64,000 nt of DNA from Methanotrichaceae archaeon (GTDB taxonomy: Archaea; Halobacteriota; Methanosarcinia; Methanotrichales; Methanotrichaceae): NCBI GenBank assembly GCA_963813075.1, contig CAWEXU010000009.1:1-64000 (forward strand), written 5' to 3'. The notes below the pieces were generated by a model. It worked only from the letters and a program-made list of their open reading frames with translations. It was not told the origin of the DNA and did no database searches. Below, one piece after another: positions 20,778 to 32,267 of the stretch (positions within the stretch are counted from its first letter, which is position 1; each line of letters begins with the position of its first letter). The position numbers were made by a program, and so were the translations under genes.

Positions 20778-22022
20778 ATGAAGTTCAAGATGCTGTTTAT
20801 TTCTGTATTCATGCTCTTTTGCCTTGCAGCGCAAATTTTTACTGTGATCAATATCGCATCCGCAGATGGATGCGGCGTCAATCCCCTGGGAGATACCTCA
20901 GGAGATACTGACTTTTATGTGAGCAAGAACCAGAATTCTGCGACCTCAGGGGGATCCCCGAGCCCAGATGCATCAACTGAGACAAGAGCAGCTGTGCCCT
21001 TGGGTACCTCAGTTGAGCAGAAGAAAGGGAATGTGACCATAAATAGCCTGAATCCCGACAGGATCAGCCCGCAAAAGGCTGGATCGACAATCGTCTGGAC
21101 GGCAAATGCGACAAATCCGGACAATGTTGAGATGGTCTATAATTTCTTCCTGAAGGGATCCGCAACAAACGACGAGCTTATTGAGAAGACCGGATGGATC
21201 GCTGAAAATCGCTGGACCTGGAATACCTCGGAGGCCGACATAGGAGAAAATCAGGTCCAGGTATGGGTCAAGCGCCTGGGTGCAGAGGAAGCTGAAAACA
21301 GCAAGGTACAGAATTATACCATTTCAGCCGAAGCCATTTCCGTCGAGAACAATTCTGTTGATAACAATTCCATCGAGAACAATTCCGCCACCACCTCTGA
21401 GGAGCAGGTGGCAGATGAAGCTGCCAGCACGAAAAAATCAACATTGGCCGAGATGAATCCTCATCCAGGAGGGAAGACCGCGAATAGTGTTGTAGGAGAG
21501 TCCTCCACCAGCAAGTCGAGCACGACCTCCAGCGGTATGAACGGTCATCCCGGGGGCAAGACTGCTAATATCGATGTAAGCAAGCCGAGGCTTGCTCCGG
21601 ATGAGAGAAATAGCGCTGCCGCTGCAGGCGCCCTGTCCGATGGACCCATCATGAGCACAGAAGATCCTTCAACGGCGACATCGGATATCATGGATGTGGG
21701 CGGAAAATGGACCGTTGACCTAATCGGCTCGGGATGCACTCTGGACGTTACTCTCATTCAGACGGGAGAAAGCATTACTGGACTGGGAAATCTGATCGAA
21801 AGGAATATGAGGATCCCTCAGACCGTTAAGGGCACAGTCACCTCCAACACCCTTGGCCTTAAGTCACAAGCGGTGATAGACGAATTTGGCAACGATATTG
21901 ACAAGAGCGTGAGCCTTAGTCTGGAGAAGACGGACAGGAGCATTTCAGGCAGCTATGAGATGTATTCTGGCGATGAATTGATGGCAAAGGGAAATGCCAC
22001 TGCCAGCAGATTCAGCAGCTGA
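20778..22022 (+). CDS. Secreted protein with an Ig-like domain and a C-terminal domain shared with the two following genes
   Basis: Signal peptide; Ser/Asn-rich linker; C-terminal GKW...LIQT...GNATASR. Confidence 0.75.
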   Translation: MKFKMLFISVFMLFCLAAQIFTVINIASADGCGVNPLGDTSGDTDFYVSKNQNSATSGGSPSPDASTETRAAVPLGTSVEQKKGNVTINSLNPDRISPQKAGSTIVWTANATNPDNVEMVYNFFLKGSATNDELIEKTGWIAENRWTWNTSEADIGENQVQVWVKRLGAEEAENSKVQNYTISAEAISVENNSVDNNSIENNSATTSEEQVADEAASTKKSTLAEMNPHPGGKTANSVVGESSTSKSSTTSSGMNGHPGGKTANIDVSKPRLAPDERNSAAAAGALSDGPIMSTEDPSTATSDIMDVGGKWTVDLIGSGCTLDVTLIQTGESITGLGNLIERNMRIPQTVKGTVTSNTLGLKSQAVIDEFGNDIDKSVSLSLEKTDRSISGSYEMYSGDELMAKGNATASRFSS

Positions 22023-22102
22023 GGGGCATATCCATTCCCCTCTTCACCAGCGGAAGAATCAATTAATTATTATCAATAATAAGGAATAAGGAGCACGAGA
22101 AA

Positions 22103-22726
22103 TTGAAGATTCATTCAATTCTATGCCTGGCCCTGGTAATTGCCCTCCTGGCCAGCCCGGCCTGGGCGGGCTGCGGCAAATGGGTGGTCAGGGAAAATCC
22201 AAATTATGATTATCTTTCTGACGCGGACTTCGATCAGGCAGTGGCATCCTCAACAGGCGCTGCTGCTACCCTCAATTCTGACGGCACAACTAAAGAATCG
22301 AGCGAGAAAGATCTGCCACTAGAAAAAGCGCAAAAAGAAGAAGAAGAAGAAGAAGAACTAAAAGAGAATGCCGTTCCAAAAGAGGACCCCATCCCGGACC
22401 TGGGGGGAGAATGGAGGATATTGCTCGATATGAAGATAGATGGACAGGATACGCAAGAGATGCTGGATTTGATCCTCATCCAGACAAAAGATCGGCTGCA
22501 GGGCTATGGCACCCTTCTTGATGAAGGAGCCGATCTGCCGGCAACGGCCACCGGTTCCATATCCGATGATTCTGTCAGCCTGATTGTGTCACTGGTCGAG
22601 CAGAAGAAGGAATATAAGCTGGATTTAGCCATCGCAAAAGACGGGTTAAAAGGCATATATGAACTCTCTATGAACGAAAAGCTGGCCGGGAGCGGCAATG
22701 CCACCGCCAGCAGATCCTCTAGCTGA
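22103..22726 (+). CDS. Secreted or lipoprotein-like hypothetical protein (paralogue family)
   Basis: Signal ending PAWAGC, poly-Glu linker, shared C-terminal domain. Confidence 0.75.
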   Translation: MKIHSILCLALVIALLASPAWAGCGKWVVRENPNYDYLSDADFDQAVASSTGAAATLNSDGTTKESSEKDLPLEKAQKEEEEEEELKENAVPKEDPIPDLGGEWRILLDMKIDGQDTQEMLDLILIQTKDRLQGYGTLLDEGADLPATATGSISDDSVSLIVSLVEQKKEYKLDLAIAKDGLKGIYELSMNEKLAGSGNATASRSSS

Positions 22727-22759
22727 GAGGCTGATTAAGACTAAAAGGAGGACGAGATA

Positions 22760-23417
22760 TTGAAGATGCATCCAATATTATGTCTGGTGCTGGTTATTGC
22801 CCTCTTGACCAGCCCGGCCTGGGCAGGTTGCGGCACATGGATAATCAGGGGCAACACCGAGTATCATTACGACGCGGAGTACGAAAGAGCGGTGTCGACC
22901 TCTACCGGACATGCTGCTCCCATCAACGCCAATGAGGCATCAAAAGAAGAGGCAGGCAAACCCTCTGATGAGAACACAAACCAAACAGAAGCCGCATCCA
23001 ATGAAACCGCAAAAGCACCAAAAGAGGAGCCCTTGCCTGAGCCGGCCATAGAAGAGCCAGTTATAGAAGAAGAGCCGGTCGTAGATCTGAAAGGAGATTG
23101 GAAGGTGCTTCTCAATACGGTGATCGACGGGCAGAATATGCAGGAAGCCCTGGATTTGATCCTCATTCAGACCAACGACAGGCTGCAGGGCTATGGCAAT
23201 ATTCTCCAGAAAGGGGACAGATATCAGAGTAACGGCTACGGGCCGCATCAATTCCAATGAGTCCATCAGCCTGAATGTGAAGCAGGCGGAGCAGAATAAG
23301 GACTACCGGCTTGACCTGGCCATAATCGAGGAGAGAATGGAGGGCAGCTACAAGATCTATCAAGACGGGACCCTGGCAGGGAGCGGAAATATCACTGCCA
23401 GCAAATCAGGCCTCTAG
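22760..23417 (+). CDS. Paralogue of the previous gene, frameshifted near 23215
   Basis: Near-identical signal peptide; the domain continues in ORF 23193-23417 (ATGRIN...LAGSGNITASK). Confidence 0.75.
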
Positions 23418-23471
23418 AAGCAGGGTGATTTAATCGCATCATCAAATAATCGCATCATATCCATCATATGA

Positions 23472-23951
23472 TCACTTGTGATAGGGCTCATGATGCATTA
23501 TTCTGAAGCTGCGATATATCTGCTCCAGAAGGATTACCCGCATCATCTGATGAGGAAAGGTCATCGGTGAGAAGGATAAAAGCAGGTCTGCCCGGTCTAT
23601 TACCGCTGGCGACAGACCCAGGGGGCCGCCTATGATGAAGGCCACCTCCGATTTTCCTTCCAGGATCAATCCCTCCAGCCTTTCCGCCAGCTGTTGCGAG
23701 TCCAGAGCATCTCCTTTCCGGTCCAGGACGATCACCGGACCGGAATGGCGCTTGAGCTTATCGAGAATTGCTGCCCCTTCCCCCTCCATTGCCCTGATCT
23801 CTGCGGCAGGAGATGCGGCCTCCTTCGAGCTGATGGCCACCTCCACCATCTCCAGGCGGGCATAAGGACGGAGGCGGCGGATGTAGTCGGATGCCGCCTC
23901 CTGCCAGAAGCTTTCCCGCAGGCGACCAACGGCGATTATTCTTAGGATCAT
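23472..23951 (-). CDS. rlmH: 23S rRNA (pseudouridine1915-N3)-methyltransferase
   Basis: FIIGGPLGL, LSFSPMTFPHQMMRVILLEQIYR, EPYHK. Confidence 0.95.
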   Translation of the reverse strand: MILRIIAVGRLRESFWQEAASDYIRRLRPYARLEMVEVAISSKEAASPAAEIRAMEGEGAAILDKLKRHSGPVIVLDRKGDALDSQQLAERLEGLILEGKSEVAFIIGGPLGLSPAVIDRADLLLSFSPMTFPHQMMRVILLEQIYRSFRIMHHEPYHK

Positions 23952-23985
23952 CGGTCTTGACTTCTACCTGATTGCATAAATTCAG

Positions 23986-25126
23986 CTACAGATCCAGCTT
24001 ATGCCCTTTCTCCAGCTGCTGAATCTGCTCCTCGCCTTTGGCGGCCAGCTCCCGGAACTGCTCGATGGTCTCCCGCATCTTGGGCAGAGCTTCCTGCTTG
24101 TAGCTGTTGATCGAATCCAGCGCCTCCATGACATCGGCAAAAGCGGTCTTCAGGTCCTCAGCGGATACATTGGTCTGCATCGACTGTTTCTGGATAGTCC
24201 GCCCCCTGTGTCTTCAGCATATGCGAGGTGCTGGTGATCAGATTATTGGTGGTCTCATTGAGAGTATCAATCTTCTTTAAGACGATCTTCTGGTTGTACA
24301 GAGCCCCAGCAACCATCACAGAGGTCCTCAAAGCGGATATCGTCACCGTCTTGGCCCTTTCTACCCCTCTCATCAGCTCCCGATTGTTTCTGATCACAAC
24401 CTCGGTCGCCATCACTCCCTGCTGATTGACCACGATCATCTGCTGCAGATCCATGATCCTCTGCCGCAATGGAAAGAGGACCTCTTCGCTGACGAATTTG
24501 AGCTTTTCCGGGTCCTCGTTCCTGGCCCTGGCCAGTTCGATCTGCCTCTCGATCGACTCGTCCATCAGAGCGCCCAGCTGGACCTCTTTCATCAGCTTTC
24601 GGGTTAAATCGCGCAGTGACTGCTGCTCGATCTCCAGGGTGGTGTTGTCGTTTTTCAGGATTGCTCTGCCTCTATCCAGGGATTCGATTATATCCGAAAT
24701 CGCTGAATCTGCTCTCTGGTATCGGGCAAAATAGTCCCGGACGGGATTAAAAAACTTGCCCAGAATGCCGGTTTTGGTGAAATCGATCAGGCTGGGGTCC
24801 AGGTCTTTCAGCTCCCGGGTCAGTTCCATCAGACCCTTCGCCACCACCCCTCCATCATCCCCGTTCTTGGACAGGTCACCCACAGTCACCTGAAGCATGG
24901 AATTTTTGGCAGCCGAGCTTTTCATAGACTCGGCCCCAAAAGACTCTACTGACTTGAGAATGTACCTCTTTTTGGCCAACTCATCGATATCCAGGGTCAG
25001 AATCTCGGCCACATTGCTTTCAGCTACCTTCTGAAGCTCGGCGACCTCTTCAGGCACCGGTTTTGCCTGCTCTATCACCTCGTTCTTGATCGCCCCTTCA
25101 TCGGGGACCTCCATGGTGAAAGCCAT
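23986..25126 (-). CDS. Toxic anion resistance protein TelA family, frameshift near 24190
   Basis: Helical protein with LRQRIMDLQQ...NNRELMRGVERAK...NQK motifs; start behind GGAGGTG; tail in ORF 23986-24180. Confidence 0.82.
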
Positions 25127-25162
25127 CTTAACACCTCCTATGCTAGCTGAATCCTCGAGCAT

Positions 25163-26810
25163 TTACAGCTCCGCATTAAAGAGATTGGACAGCTTATAGA
25201 CGACGTCCTCAGTATCGGCGTTAATGCTGGCACCCTCATTGATATCGGCGATCTCCTCCAGGGCCTTGATATCTGCATTATAGCCTATTGTGTATATGGG
25301 TATTCCAGATTCCTCTACTAATTTCCTGATATCATTCAATGAATGACCTCTGTTTGTCTCGCCATCGCTGAGAACGAAGATCTTGGGCTTCAGATTAGGA
25401 TCAAGCGCCAGCTGTTCTTCGAGCATCTTCATGGCCACTGCGATCCCTTCGAAGGTTGCCGTGCCGCCGCCGGCCTGCATATCATCAACCGCTCCCACAA
25501 AATAGGACCGTTGGTCAGATCGAACTTGGAAATGGGCAGATTTATATAAACATCGTCAGAGTATGATACCAGGCCGATCAGATTGTCCTTGCCAATGTAT
25601 TTTTGACCTTCAAGCAATGATTTCTTCAGATTATTCAGTGGCTCGCCATCCATGCTGCCCGATACATCGGCCACGAAGACTGCACAGATATTGGCATTTT
25701 TCTTTGTCTTTCCAGAGCTTTTGGGCCTGGATGAGAACATCGCCGCTGACAGGACCAAATTCGGATTGGTATTCATCCAGGCCGTTAAAACCATATTTAG
25801 TGGCCAGGTTCTGGTAATTCTCCTGCTGAGAGAATTTGATGAATTCATCCAGGATTTTCTGTCTTCTCCGGCAGATAGCTTGCCGATCGCATAAATCGGG
25901 CTGTCATGTCTGACCCCAAAGGGAATAAATTCATAGGACCTGATATCAGGCGTATTGACATAAGTCTGATATTCCAGGACAAAAGCATCCAGGACCCCTG
26001 ATTTGGCCGCTTCTCTCATTTGCAGAGTGGTATAAGCGACCACGGGAATATTCTCCTGGAAGCGATCAAATCCCGCTATTGCTTTATTGCTCAATGGGTT
26101 GCTGGCATCAAAGGCCTGCAGTGTGGAGATCAAGAAGTTCAGTCCGGTTGAACTGGCGAAGGGATTGGTGTAACCCATCTGCAGCTCGTTGTTTGCCACG
26201 GCATCGATTACTGTCGTGACATTGACCGCCCCATATTTGGCTTCAAGCTCCGCTTTCTTGGATTTAGTGATCAGAATTCCGGCCACATTTCCTGCCAGTC
26301 TTTTTTGCACTAACCTGGCATCTACTCCCCGGGAGATGAGCATCTCTCCCCAGAGTTCATTGGAGGGAGTATAGGCATCCGGCAAATGCTTTCCGGAAGT
26401 GATATAGTCGGCACCCTGGCCGGAAGCGATTCCTCTGAGCCTTACTGACGCCTGTTTGCCGTCGATCATTATCTTCGCATTATTGAAGTCTCTGGCCACC
26501 TCTGTCAGCCAGCCATCAGTACCGCTGCCTGCTTTTTCCGTTGATGAGAATATCTCGATATAGCTGGATGTGCTGCTATTAACCTGAGGTGGGTATTTGG
26601 AGATATCGGGCAGAGATTGTGGCAATGTTAGGCTCGAAAGATCAACCAGGCCCTTGGTTGGTGGCACTTCAGTCACTTCGATATCTTTGACTATCTCGTC
26701 CAGTGATTTTTCTCCACCATCAGTTAATTCCTAATATAAACCAATATAAATACCGCAACTGCTAATCCCACTATCTTTAAAAGCACATTCTTGTTCTTCT
26801 CGTCCAGCAT
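25163..26810 (-). CDS. Membrane-anchored solute-binding-like plus vWA domain protein, several frameshifts
   Basis: N-terminal TM segment; GYTNPFASSTGLNFL; MIDAS motif DVSGS; GGTAT; VLSDGE. Confidence 0.8.
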
Positions 26811-26834
26811 ACTATGCTCCCTCCCACTGAATTA

Positions 26835-27579
26835 TTAATTTTTATAATATTTTGCCTGTTTGATCAGCTTATCGATCTCGATCATGCCAGCCATCTGCTC
26901 CAGCTCGCCACTCTCGATGCAGTTTAGGCCTGAGATCTCCAGCAACAGCTTATCCAGCTTAAGCAGGATCTGTTCGTTGTCCTCAGTCGCTTCTTTAACA
27001 AATTTTATATATTCGTTATATACCTTAAATTTTTCCTCCATAATCTCCTCAGAAAAGGCTCCTGCATTGCGTTGCTTTTTGATGAAATTATAGTCATCCT
27101 CATCGAATGCATTCAGTTTATTAATGATGCTGCGGATATTCTTAAAAAATATATTCTCCACCTCTGCAATAACCGCATCAAACTTATGATAGCTGATCTC
27201 AGAAGCGCTGAAGATCTGCAGAAGAATATCCCGGATGGTCTTATTCTTTTTCTGCAGCCGTTCAATCTGATCGAGCAAGAGGTCGATGTTTCTCTCGAAT
27301 GTTTTAAGCCCCCGGTGGTCATTCAGGGCCTCCATATAATCTTCTTTGGTGCTTTTAGCGCCGATTGGTGTGGCCTTCTCCGGCACAGAAAGGAGCTTGT
27401 AGTTGCCGTAAAGCAATCCGGAGCCGCTCAAGACGAGAAATGCGCTGCCAAAGGCAGTCTCCAATGCACTCGGCCCCGATGATATCTACATCAAGCAATC
27501 CCGGCGAGAAGACAGCTATGTTGGCAGCGGCAATGCCCAGGTTCAGGCCCAATAGTCTGATCAGCATATCTTTATCCAT
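26835..27579 (-). CDS. Membrane-anchored helical protein (XpaC-like partner of TelA), frameshift near 27470
   Basis: Two N-terminal hydrophobic segments, coiled helical body; first gene of the telA operon. Confidence 0.6.
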
Positions 27580-27853
27580 GTCTTCTCGCCCTCAGGATCC
27601 TTATATGCAGATATTCCCTCAACATATGTCATAATACTATCGATGATAACTATTAAACCACCCCCTGTTCTGACTTGAGAATCGTTATATAGTAATAATA
27701 ACATATATTAAAATTAATGATATAATAAGACAAAAAGAGATTCGTCTGATCCCCAAAAAGGATCATGCTTCTCGATATTCCTTAGCGATCCCGCAAAATC
27801 AGCACCGCAATCAGCATCGCAAAACCAGCACTGTAATTATCACATAAATGAGA

Positions 27854-28174
27854 TCAGCGTCTGGCCTCAACATTCTTCAGGTACAGGACGCCGGTGGGAG
27901 TGATATTCAGAATCTCTCCACTCCTTTCGATCACCAGAGCCGCCACCAACATAGAGAGGTGATAGTCCGCCCTCTCCGGGCTCAGATTGAACTTCTCGCA
28001 GATCTGCTCCAGCCTCTTTGGCCCGCCGGCGATGAACTTGAGAATATCCCGCCTCACCCTGAGCTGCAGGACAATCAGAGCATTCCGATGTTCTTCTGCC
28101 GTCCACCACCAGTTAGGCTCTGATGCGTCATCGGAAGATCGGTCAGAAGGAGCATTGATGTCGCCATCAGTCAT
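27854..28174 (-). CDS. ArsR-like winged-helix regulator
   Basis: RRDILKFI...ADYHLSML...ITPTG. Confidence 0.8.
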   Translation of the reverse strand: MTDGDINAPSDRSSDDASEPNWWWTAEEHRNALIVLQLRVRRDILKFIAGGPKRLEQICEKFNLSPERADYHLSMLVAALVIERSGEILNITPTGVLYLKNVEARR

Positions 28175-28183
28175 GATATCACA

Positions 28184-28636
28184 TCAGTCCTCCCCCTTTC
28201 CATTGATCTCGCAGGTCTCGCTGGCTATCTCGCATGACCGGCAGATCTCCCGCTCCTCATCCAGATTGCGCGCCGCGGTGGCAAGCACGCTGGCGTTCAC
28301 CAGGTTCCCGGCGAGGAATATGGCCGCAGCAACCTGATCATCCGGCACCCCCAGGCTTCCGGCCAGCCGGATGTGCAGCCTCAGGCAATGGCTGCAGCGC
28401 AATGCTGCAGACACGGCCACCGATATCAGCTCTACCGTCTTTGCATCCAGGTTGGAGCTCCTCAAGATGGCATTGTTGTGCAACACCTTGGTGATGAGAA
28501 GCTCAGAGTCATCCTCCATGAACTGAAAGATGTATGGCACCTCACCATAGGTCCTCTCCACCGCCTTCAAAATATCCTTGGCTGCATTATCCTTTCCCTT
28601 GACCAAAATGGCATCCAGCTCATCTTCAAAGCTCAT
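28184..28636 (-). CDS. Carboxymuconolactone decarboxylase / AhpD-like protein
   Basis: ELISVAVSAALRCSHCLRLH motif (CxxC...H). Confidence 0.88.
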   Translation of the reverse strand: MSFEDELDAILVKGKDNAAKDILKAVERTYGEVPYIFQFMEDDSELLITKVLHNNAILRSSNLDAKTVELISVAVSAALRCSHCLRLHIRLAGSLGVPDDQVAAAIFLAGNLVNASVLATAARNLDEEREICRSCEIASETCEINGKGED

Positions 28637-28687
28637 GATCTCAGACTCCTGTAGCCTCTTTGCCCAGCTTCCCCAATAGCCCGGTAA

Positions 28688-29611
28688 TCAGAAGACGAAT
28701 CCAGTCTCTGAGCTGGGCAGTATCCTCACCAGTATATAGTCTTTCATCCTCGAGGGCCTGATGGTAGCCACCTCTCCCAGCTTCACACCCTCATCGAATG
28801 TCACTGCGGCCACCTTATCCCGGTAGCCTTCATAAGGAAGCTTCACCCGCACCCCGGTCAGATTGAGGGCTATTGGCAGAGGGGAATAGGAGAACTCGAC
28901 CTCAGGAACCTGCTCACGCACCGCATCCATCACCCTGGGCGGAGATGTGGTCAGCGGGTCCTTGGTGATCGCTTCACGGGTTGTGTCCAGCGCCCGTCCC
29001 ACCACCTCAACGATATTATCTAAAGTTCCAATCTCCGTGGCCTTGCGAGTCCTATGAGCCATCCTTCCGATGGAGGGCACATAGCCAAAGGCATAGGGCA
29101 GCTCTTCTGGATCTATCTTCGGTCCGCCGGTTACTACGACAGGCACATTGATGTTCCGGTAGAGAGACTCTTTCTTCTTGATGCAGTCCTGAAAGTTGCC
29201 GAAGATGAAAACCGCAGCATCATGCTCGTTTATCAGGGCGGTCTCATACTCATTTATCTGGGCGATCTCCCTGCCCACACCCCGGGCCAATCCCAGCATA
29301 TTGGTCTTGGAGCCGTGACGTCGCAGGTATTCAGCAATATCGCAGGCCACATGAGGCAGATGATGAATGGCCAGGGTGGGCGTGACCACCGCCACCTCCG
29401 TACCAGCAAGCGGCGCCCGCACCAGTTCCCCTCTGAGATCCCGGCTTAAGATCTCCAGGGAGTTCATATCCTCTGAAGGAACCAGCAATAAGAGGATGAT
29501 CTCCGTCTGAGTCACATTCTTCTGCAGGATATAGCCGCCCAGGTCCTCTACCAGCTCCAACACCAGGTCGTGCTTATACAACCCTCCGGTGAACATCACA
29601 GGCTCAAGCAT
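28688..29611 (-). CDS. Methanogenesis marker protein 7
   Basis: GGLYKH...EDLGGY, APLAGTEVAVV, HHLPHVACDIAEYLRR; cluster position. Confidence 0.92.
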   Translation of the reverse strand: MLEPVMFTGGLYKHDLVLELVEDLGGYILQKNVTQTEIILLLLVPSEDMNSLEILSRDLRGELVRAPLAGTEVAVVTPTLAIHHLPHVACDIAEYLRRHGSKTNMLGLARGVGREIAQINEYETALINEHDAAVFIFGNFQDCIKKKESLYRNINVPVVVTGGPKIDPEELPYAFGYVPSIGRMAHRTRKATEIGTLDNIVEVVGRALDTTREAITKDPLTTSPPRVMDAVREQVPEVEFSYSPLPIALNLTGVRVKLPYEGYRDKVAAVTFDEGVKLGEVATIRPSRMKDYILVRILPSSETGFVF

Positions 29612-30176
29612 TCTCCATCTCCCGGATCTTCTTTTCGATCTCTGATATCAGCTCTGGCGTAATCGACTCCTCGGCAGCGATGAAAAAGAAGCTGTCTTTG
29701 GTCATGACATTTCGCCGGTTGCGAAATCCTTCCGGCGCCACTCTTACCAGGGCATCGGTCAGATCCTGCAGGAACTCAGCTTCCATATCCGTTACCATCA
29801 GATCGGCAGGTGATGAATCTGAGGCTATGATCACAACATCTCTTGCCGGCTGCTCCACTCTTTCCCTGCCGTATCGCTGCCACAAAGCCCGGAGGAGGTC
29901 AGCCATGTGCTCCTCATCATTGATCTTGATCTGATGGCCACCCTGAACCGTCATCACGTCTCCAATATCCTTGACGGTCAGCGGCGGTATTCCGGAACGG
30001 AGGAGGCCGTAGACTGCGAAGAACGGAACGGCTATGTCGGCATAGACATAGAGCCTGCCTATGGACCGGATTAGACCCAGGTCCTGCAGAATGTCCATTA
30101 TTATCTCGCGGTACTTCTTAGCTCCGAACTCCTCTGCCCCGGTCACCTCTATCTTGAAGACCTCCATTGGGTCCAT
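29604..30176 (-). CDS. Methanogenesis marker protein 17
   Basis: RVAPEGFRNR motif, size, and position between markers 15 and 7. Confidence 0.85.
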   Translation of the reverse strand: MDPMEVFKIEVTGAEEFGAKKYREIIMDILQDLGLIRSIGRLYVYADIAVPFFAVYGLLRSGIPPLTVKDIGDVMTVQGGHQIKINDEEHMADLLRALWQRYGRERVEQPARDVVIIASDSSPADLMVTDMEAEFLQDLTDALVRVAPEGFRNRRNVMTKDSFFFIAAEESITPELISEIEKKIREMENA

Positions 30177-30177
30177 C

Positions 30178-31404
30178 TCAGCCCTCCAGCAGCCCCGATA
30201 CCAGGAGAGCTGCACCTACAGCTCCGATATATTGGGCATAGGGGGGAACGGTCACCTTCACCTGCAATAGCTCTTCCATTGCTTTGGGCAGGCCCTCGAC
30301 GAGCGAGGTTCCGCCTACCATGATCACCGGCTCCTTGACTTCTACCTCCTGCAGCTGCTGCTCATAGACCTGCTCAGCAACGGAGTGACAGGCGGCCATG
30401 GCCACATCCTCGGGCTTGTTGCCCATGGAGAGGCTGTTGACCAGGCTCTGGGTACCGAAGACTATGCAGTAGCTGTTCATGGCCACTTTCCTGTAGTCTC
30501 CTTTCAGGGCCAGTTTGCCCAATTCGGTGATGTCCACTCCCAGGCGGCGGGCAGTGAGCTCCAGGAACCGGCCAGATGCACCAGCGCATATTCCGCCCAT
30601 GGTGAAGCCGCCGGGAATTCCGTCCTGAACGGATATGGCCTTGTTGTCCATACCACCAATATCGATAACAGTTGCCGATCCCCTCTGAGCATCTGCCAGG
30701 AAGACCGCTCCTTTGGAGTTAACGGTGATCTCCTCCTGGATGAGCTTGGCATTGATATGCTTGCCCACCAGAAATCGACCGTACCCGGTAACACCCACTC
30801 CCTGAACATCCTCTTTATTGACCCCAGCAGCCTTGAGAGCCTCCTGGAAAGCGTCCTCCGCGCTCTTCAAGACCTCGGTGGTTGGAACCCAGCCCGTGCC
30901 TATCACCTTATTGTCTCTCATCACCACTGACTTGGTGGTGGTGGAGCCGGAGTCAATTCCAGCAGTGAGGCCCGTCTGCTTCTCCCTTGCCAGGAGACCT
31001 CTGTACTTGACCGTGGTCACCAAAGCTTCCATACGGGTGAGAAGCGTCTCTGCAGTTGTCCTCTCGGTGAATGAATAGCTCAAGACGGGAATCTTGGAGT
31101 GCTCGTGGATGTACTTTCGGATCTCCGAGCGGATGATGGCCGCCTCAGCGCAGCGGAAGCAGGTCATGACCACTACGGCATCGGCAAGGTCCGGGTTCTC
31201 CACTATTCTCACTGCTCTGGCTATGGCCAGGTTGAGATCTCCCGAAGCCACTTTTACCCCGAACGTCTCTTCCACATTGAGCATATCATCCAGGGTAACC
31301 TCCGGGTAGACTATTTTGGCCCCTACGGTCTCTGCCGCCCGTTCGATCTCTTTTTGAATGCCGCTGTATTCAGCACCGCAGGAGAGCTGCGCTATGCGAA
31401 TCAC
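30178..31404 (-). CDS. Methanogenesis marker protein 15 (BadF/BadG-type ATPase)
   Basis: [48 protein letters not shown]. Confidence 0.93.
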   Translation of the reverse strand: MIRIAQLSCGAEYSGIQKEIERAAETVGAKIVYPEVTLDDMLNVEETFGVKVASGDLNLAIARAVRIVENPDLADAVVVMTCFRCAEAAIIRSEIRKYIHEHSKIPVLSYSFTERTTAETLLTRMEALVTTVKYRGLLAREKQTGLTAGIDSGSTTTKSVVMRDNKVIGTGWVPTTEVLKSAEDAFQEALKAAGVNKEDVQGVGVTGYGRFLVGKHINAKLIQEEITVNSKGAVFLADAQRGSATVIDIGGMDNKAISVQDGIPGGFTMGGICAGASGRFLELTARRLGVDITELGKLALKGDYRKVAMNSYCIVFGTQSLVNSLSMGNKPEDVAMAACHSVAEQVYEQQLQEVEVKEPVIMVGGTSLVEGLPKAMEELLQVKVTVPPYAQYIGAVGAALLVSGLLEG

Positions 31405-31838
31405 TTCAAACCCCCCAAGAAATTCTTGATCTTCTGCACGAAATCCCTGGCCTCGGCATCATTGGTGGGATAAGAGAGATCCAGAATTGGAACTCCTTTT
31501 GTCCTGATGAGCAGCCTGACCAGCTCATTCGTCCTGTTGCATCCCGCACAACCCGTGAGCCATCCTGGATCCTGCACCATGATGGCAGCCTCTGCCTCCT
31601 CGATTATCGGGCCAATCAGGGCCATCCTGCCCCGTATCCCGGAAGGGACATCCACTGCTGCATAACGAAGCCCTTTTTTGGGCTCCTCTGCAGTCACATT
31701 CAAAGGCGGTGAGGCAAGATCATTATCGGTTGCGAGCTTTCTCACCGCTTCAGGAACTACAAGTGCCTTGTGGCCCATCCTGTCCACAAGGTCCGATAGG
31801 ATCATGCTGGTGGGAGGATAAACGATTACTTTTGCCAT
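31401..31838 (-). CDS. Methanogenesis marker protein 5
   Basis: [36 protein letters not shown]. Confidence 0.9.
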   Translation of the reverse strand: MAKVIVYPPTSMILSDLVDRMGHKALVVPEAVRKLATDNDLASPPLNVTAEEPKKGLRYAAVDVPSGIRGRMALIGPIIEEAEAAIMVQDPGWLTGCAGCNRTNELVRLLIRTKGVPILDLSYPTNDAEARDFVQKIKNFLGGLK

Positions 31839-31853
31839 TGATTTACCTCAGAA

Positions 31854-32267
31854 TTAATCTTCTTTAGCGATCTCTTCCAACCTCTCAAGTGGGAGGGGAC
31901 GTACCTCTTTTTTCGGAATAGGCTCAGACTCGCCCTCAGAGGCAATAGCTCTGGAGATCATGGGCAGTAGCTTAGACTCAGACTCGATCATATAGAAGCC
32001 TGGCCTGGCTCCGCCGCCTCTGCGACCGCGGCAGCGCCTTGGGTCGCCCGGTGGAAATCCCCGGTCTTTGACGAATATGCCGGCCGGATCCAGACTGCGA
32101 ATCTCTTTTAGCAGCGCCTCAATAACTTCTGCTTCCCCATTGATGATCACGCCAAAGCAGGTCTCTTTGACCAGGACATCATAGCCTGATCCATAGATCT
32201 TCATGGCGATATCCGAGGGAAGAATATTGGACTCAGAGGACGTTATTAGATATTTTGTGACCAGCAT
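31854..32267 (-). CDS. Methanogenesis marker protein 6
   Basis: KETCFG, FVKDRGFPPGDPRRCR..RGGGARPGF. Confidence 0.9.
   Translation of the reverse strand: MLVTKYLITSSESNILPSDIAMKIYGSGYDVLVKETCFGVIINGEAEVIEALLKEIRSLDPAGIFVKDRGFPPGDPRRCRGRRGGGARPGFYMIESESKLLPMISRAIASEGESEPIPKKEVRPLPLERLEEIAKED

Noticed and set aside
22336..22357. GAA microsatellite as a phase-variation switch
   Set aside because: A triplet repeat in frame; it only changes poly-Glu linker length.
23430..23490. SCCmec-like integration site at the rlmH 3' end
   Set aside because: The resemblance reflects the conserved EPYHK coding sequence; I saw no recombinase or second att copy.
27790..27835. Short imperfect intergenic repeats here and at ~53960, ~55130 and ~62575
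   Set aside because: Two or three short copies consistent with local slippage; no shared motif between the sites.
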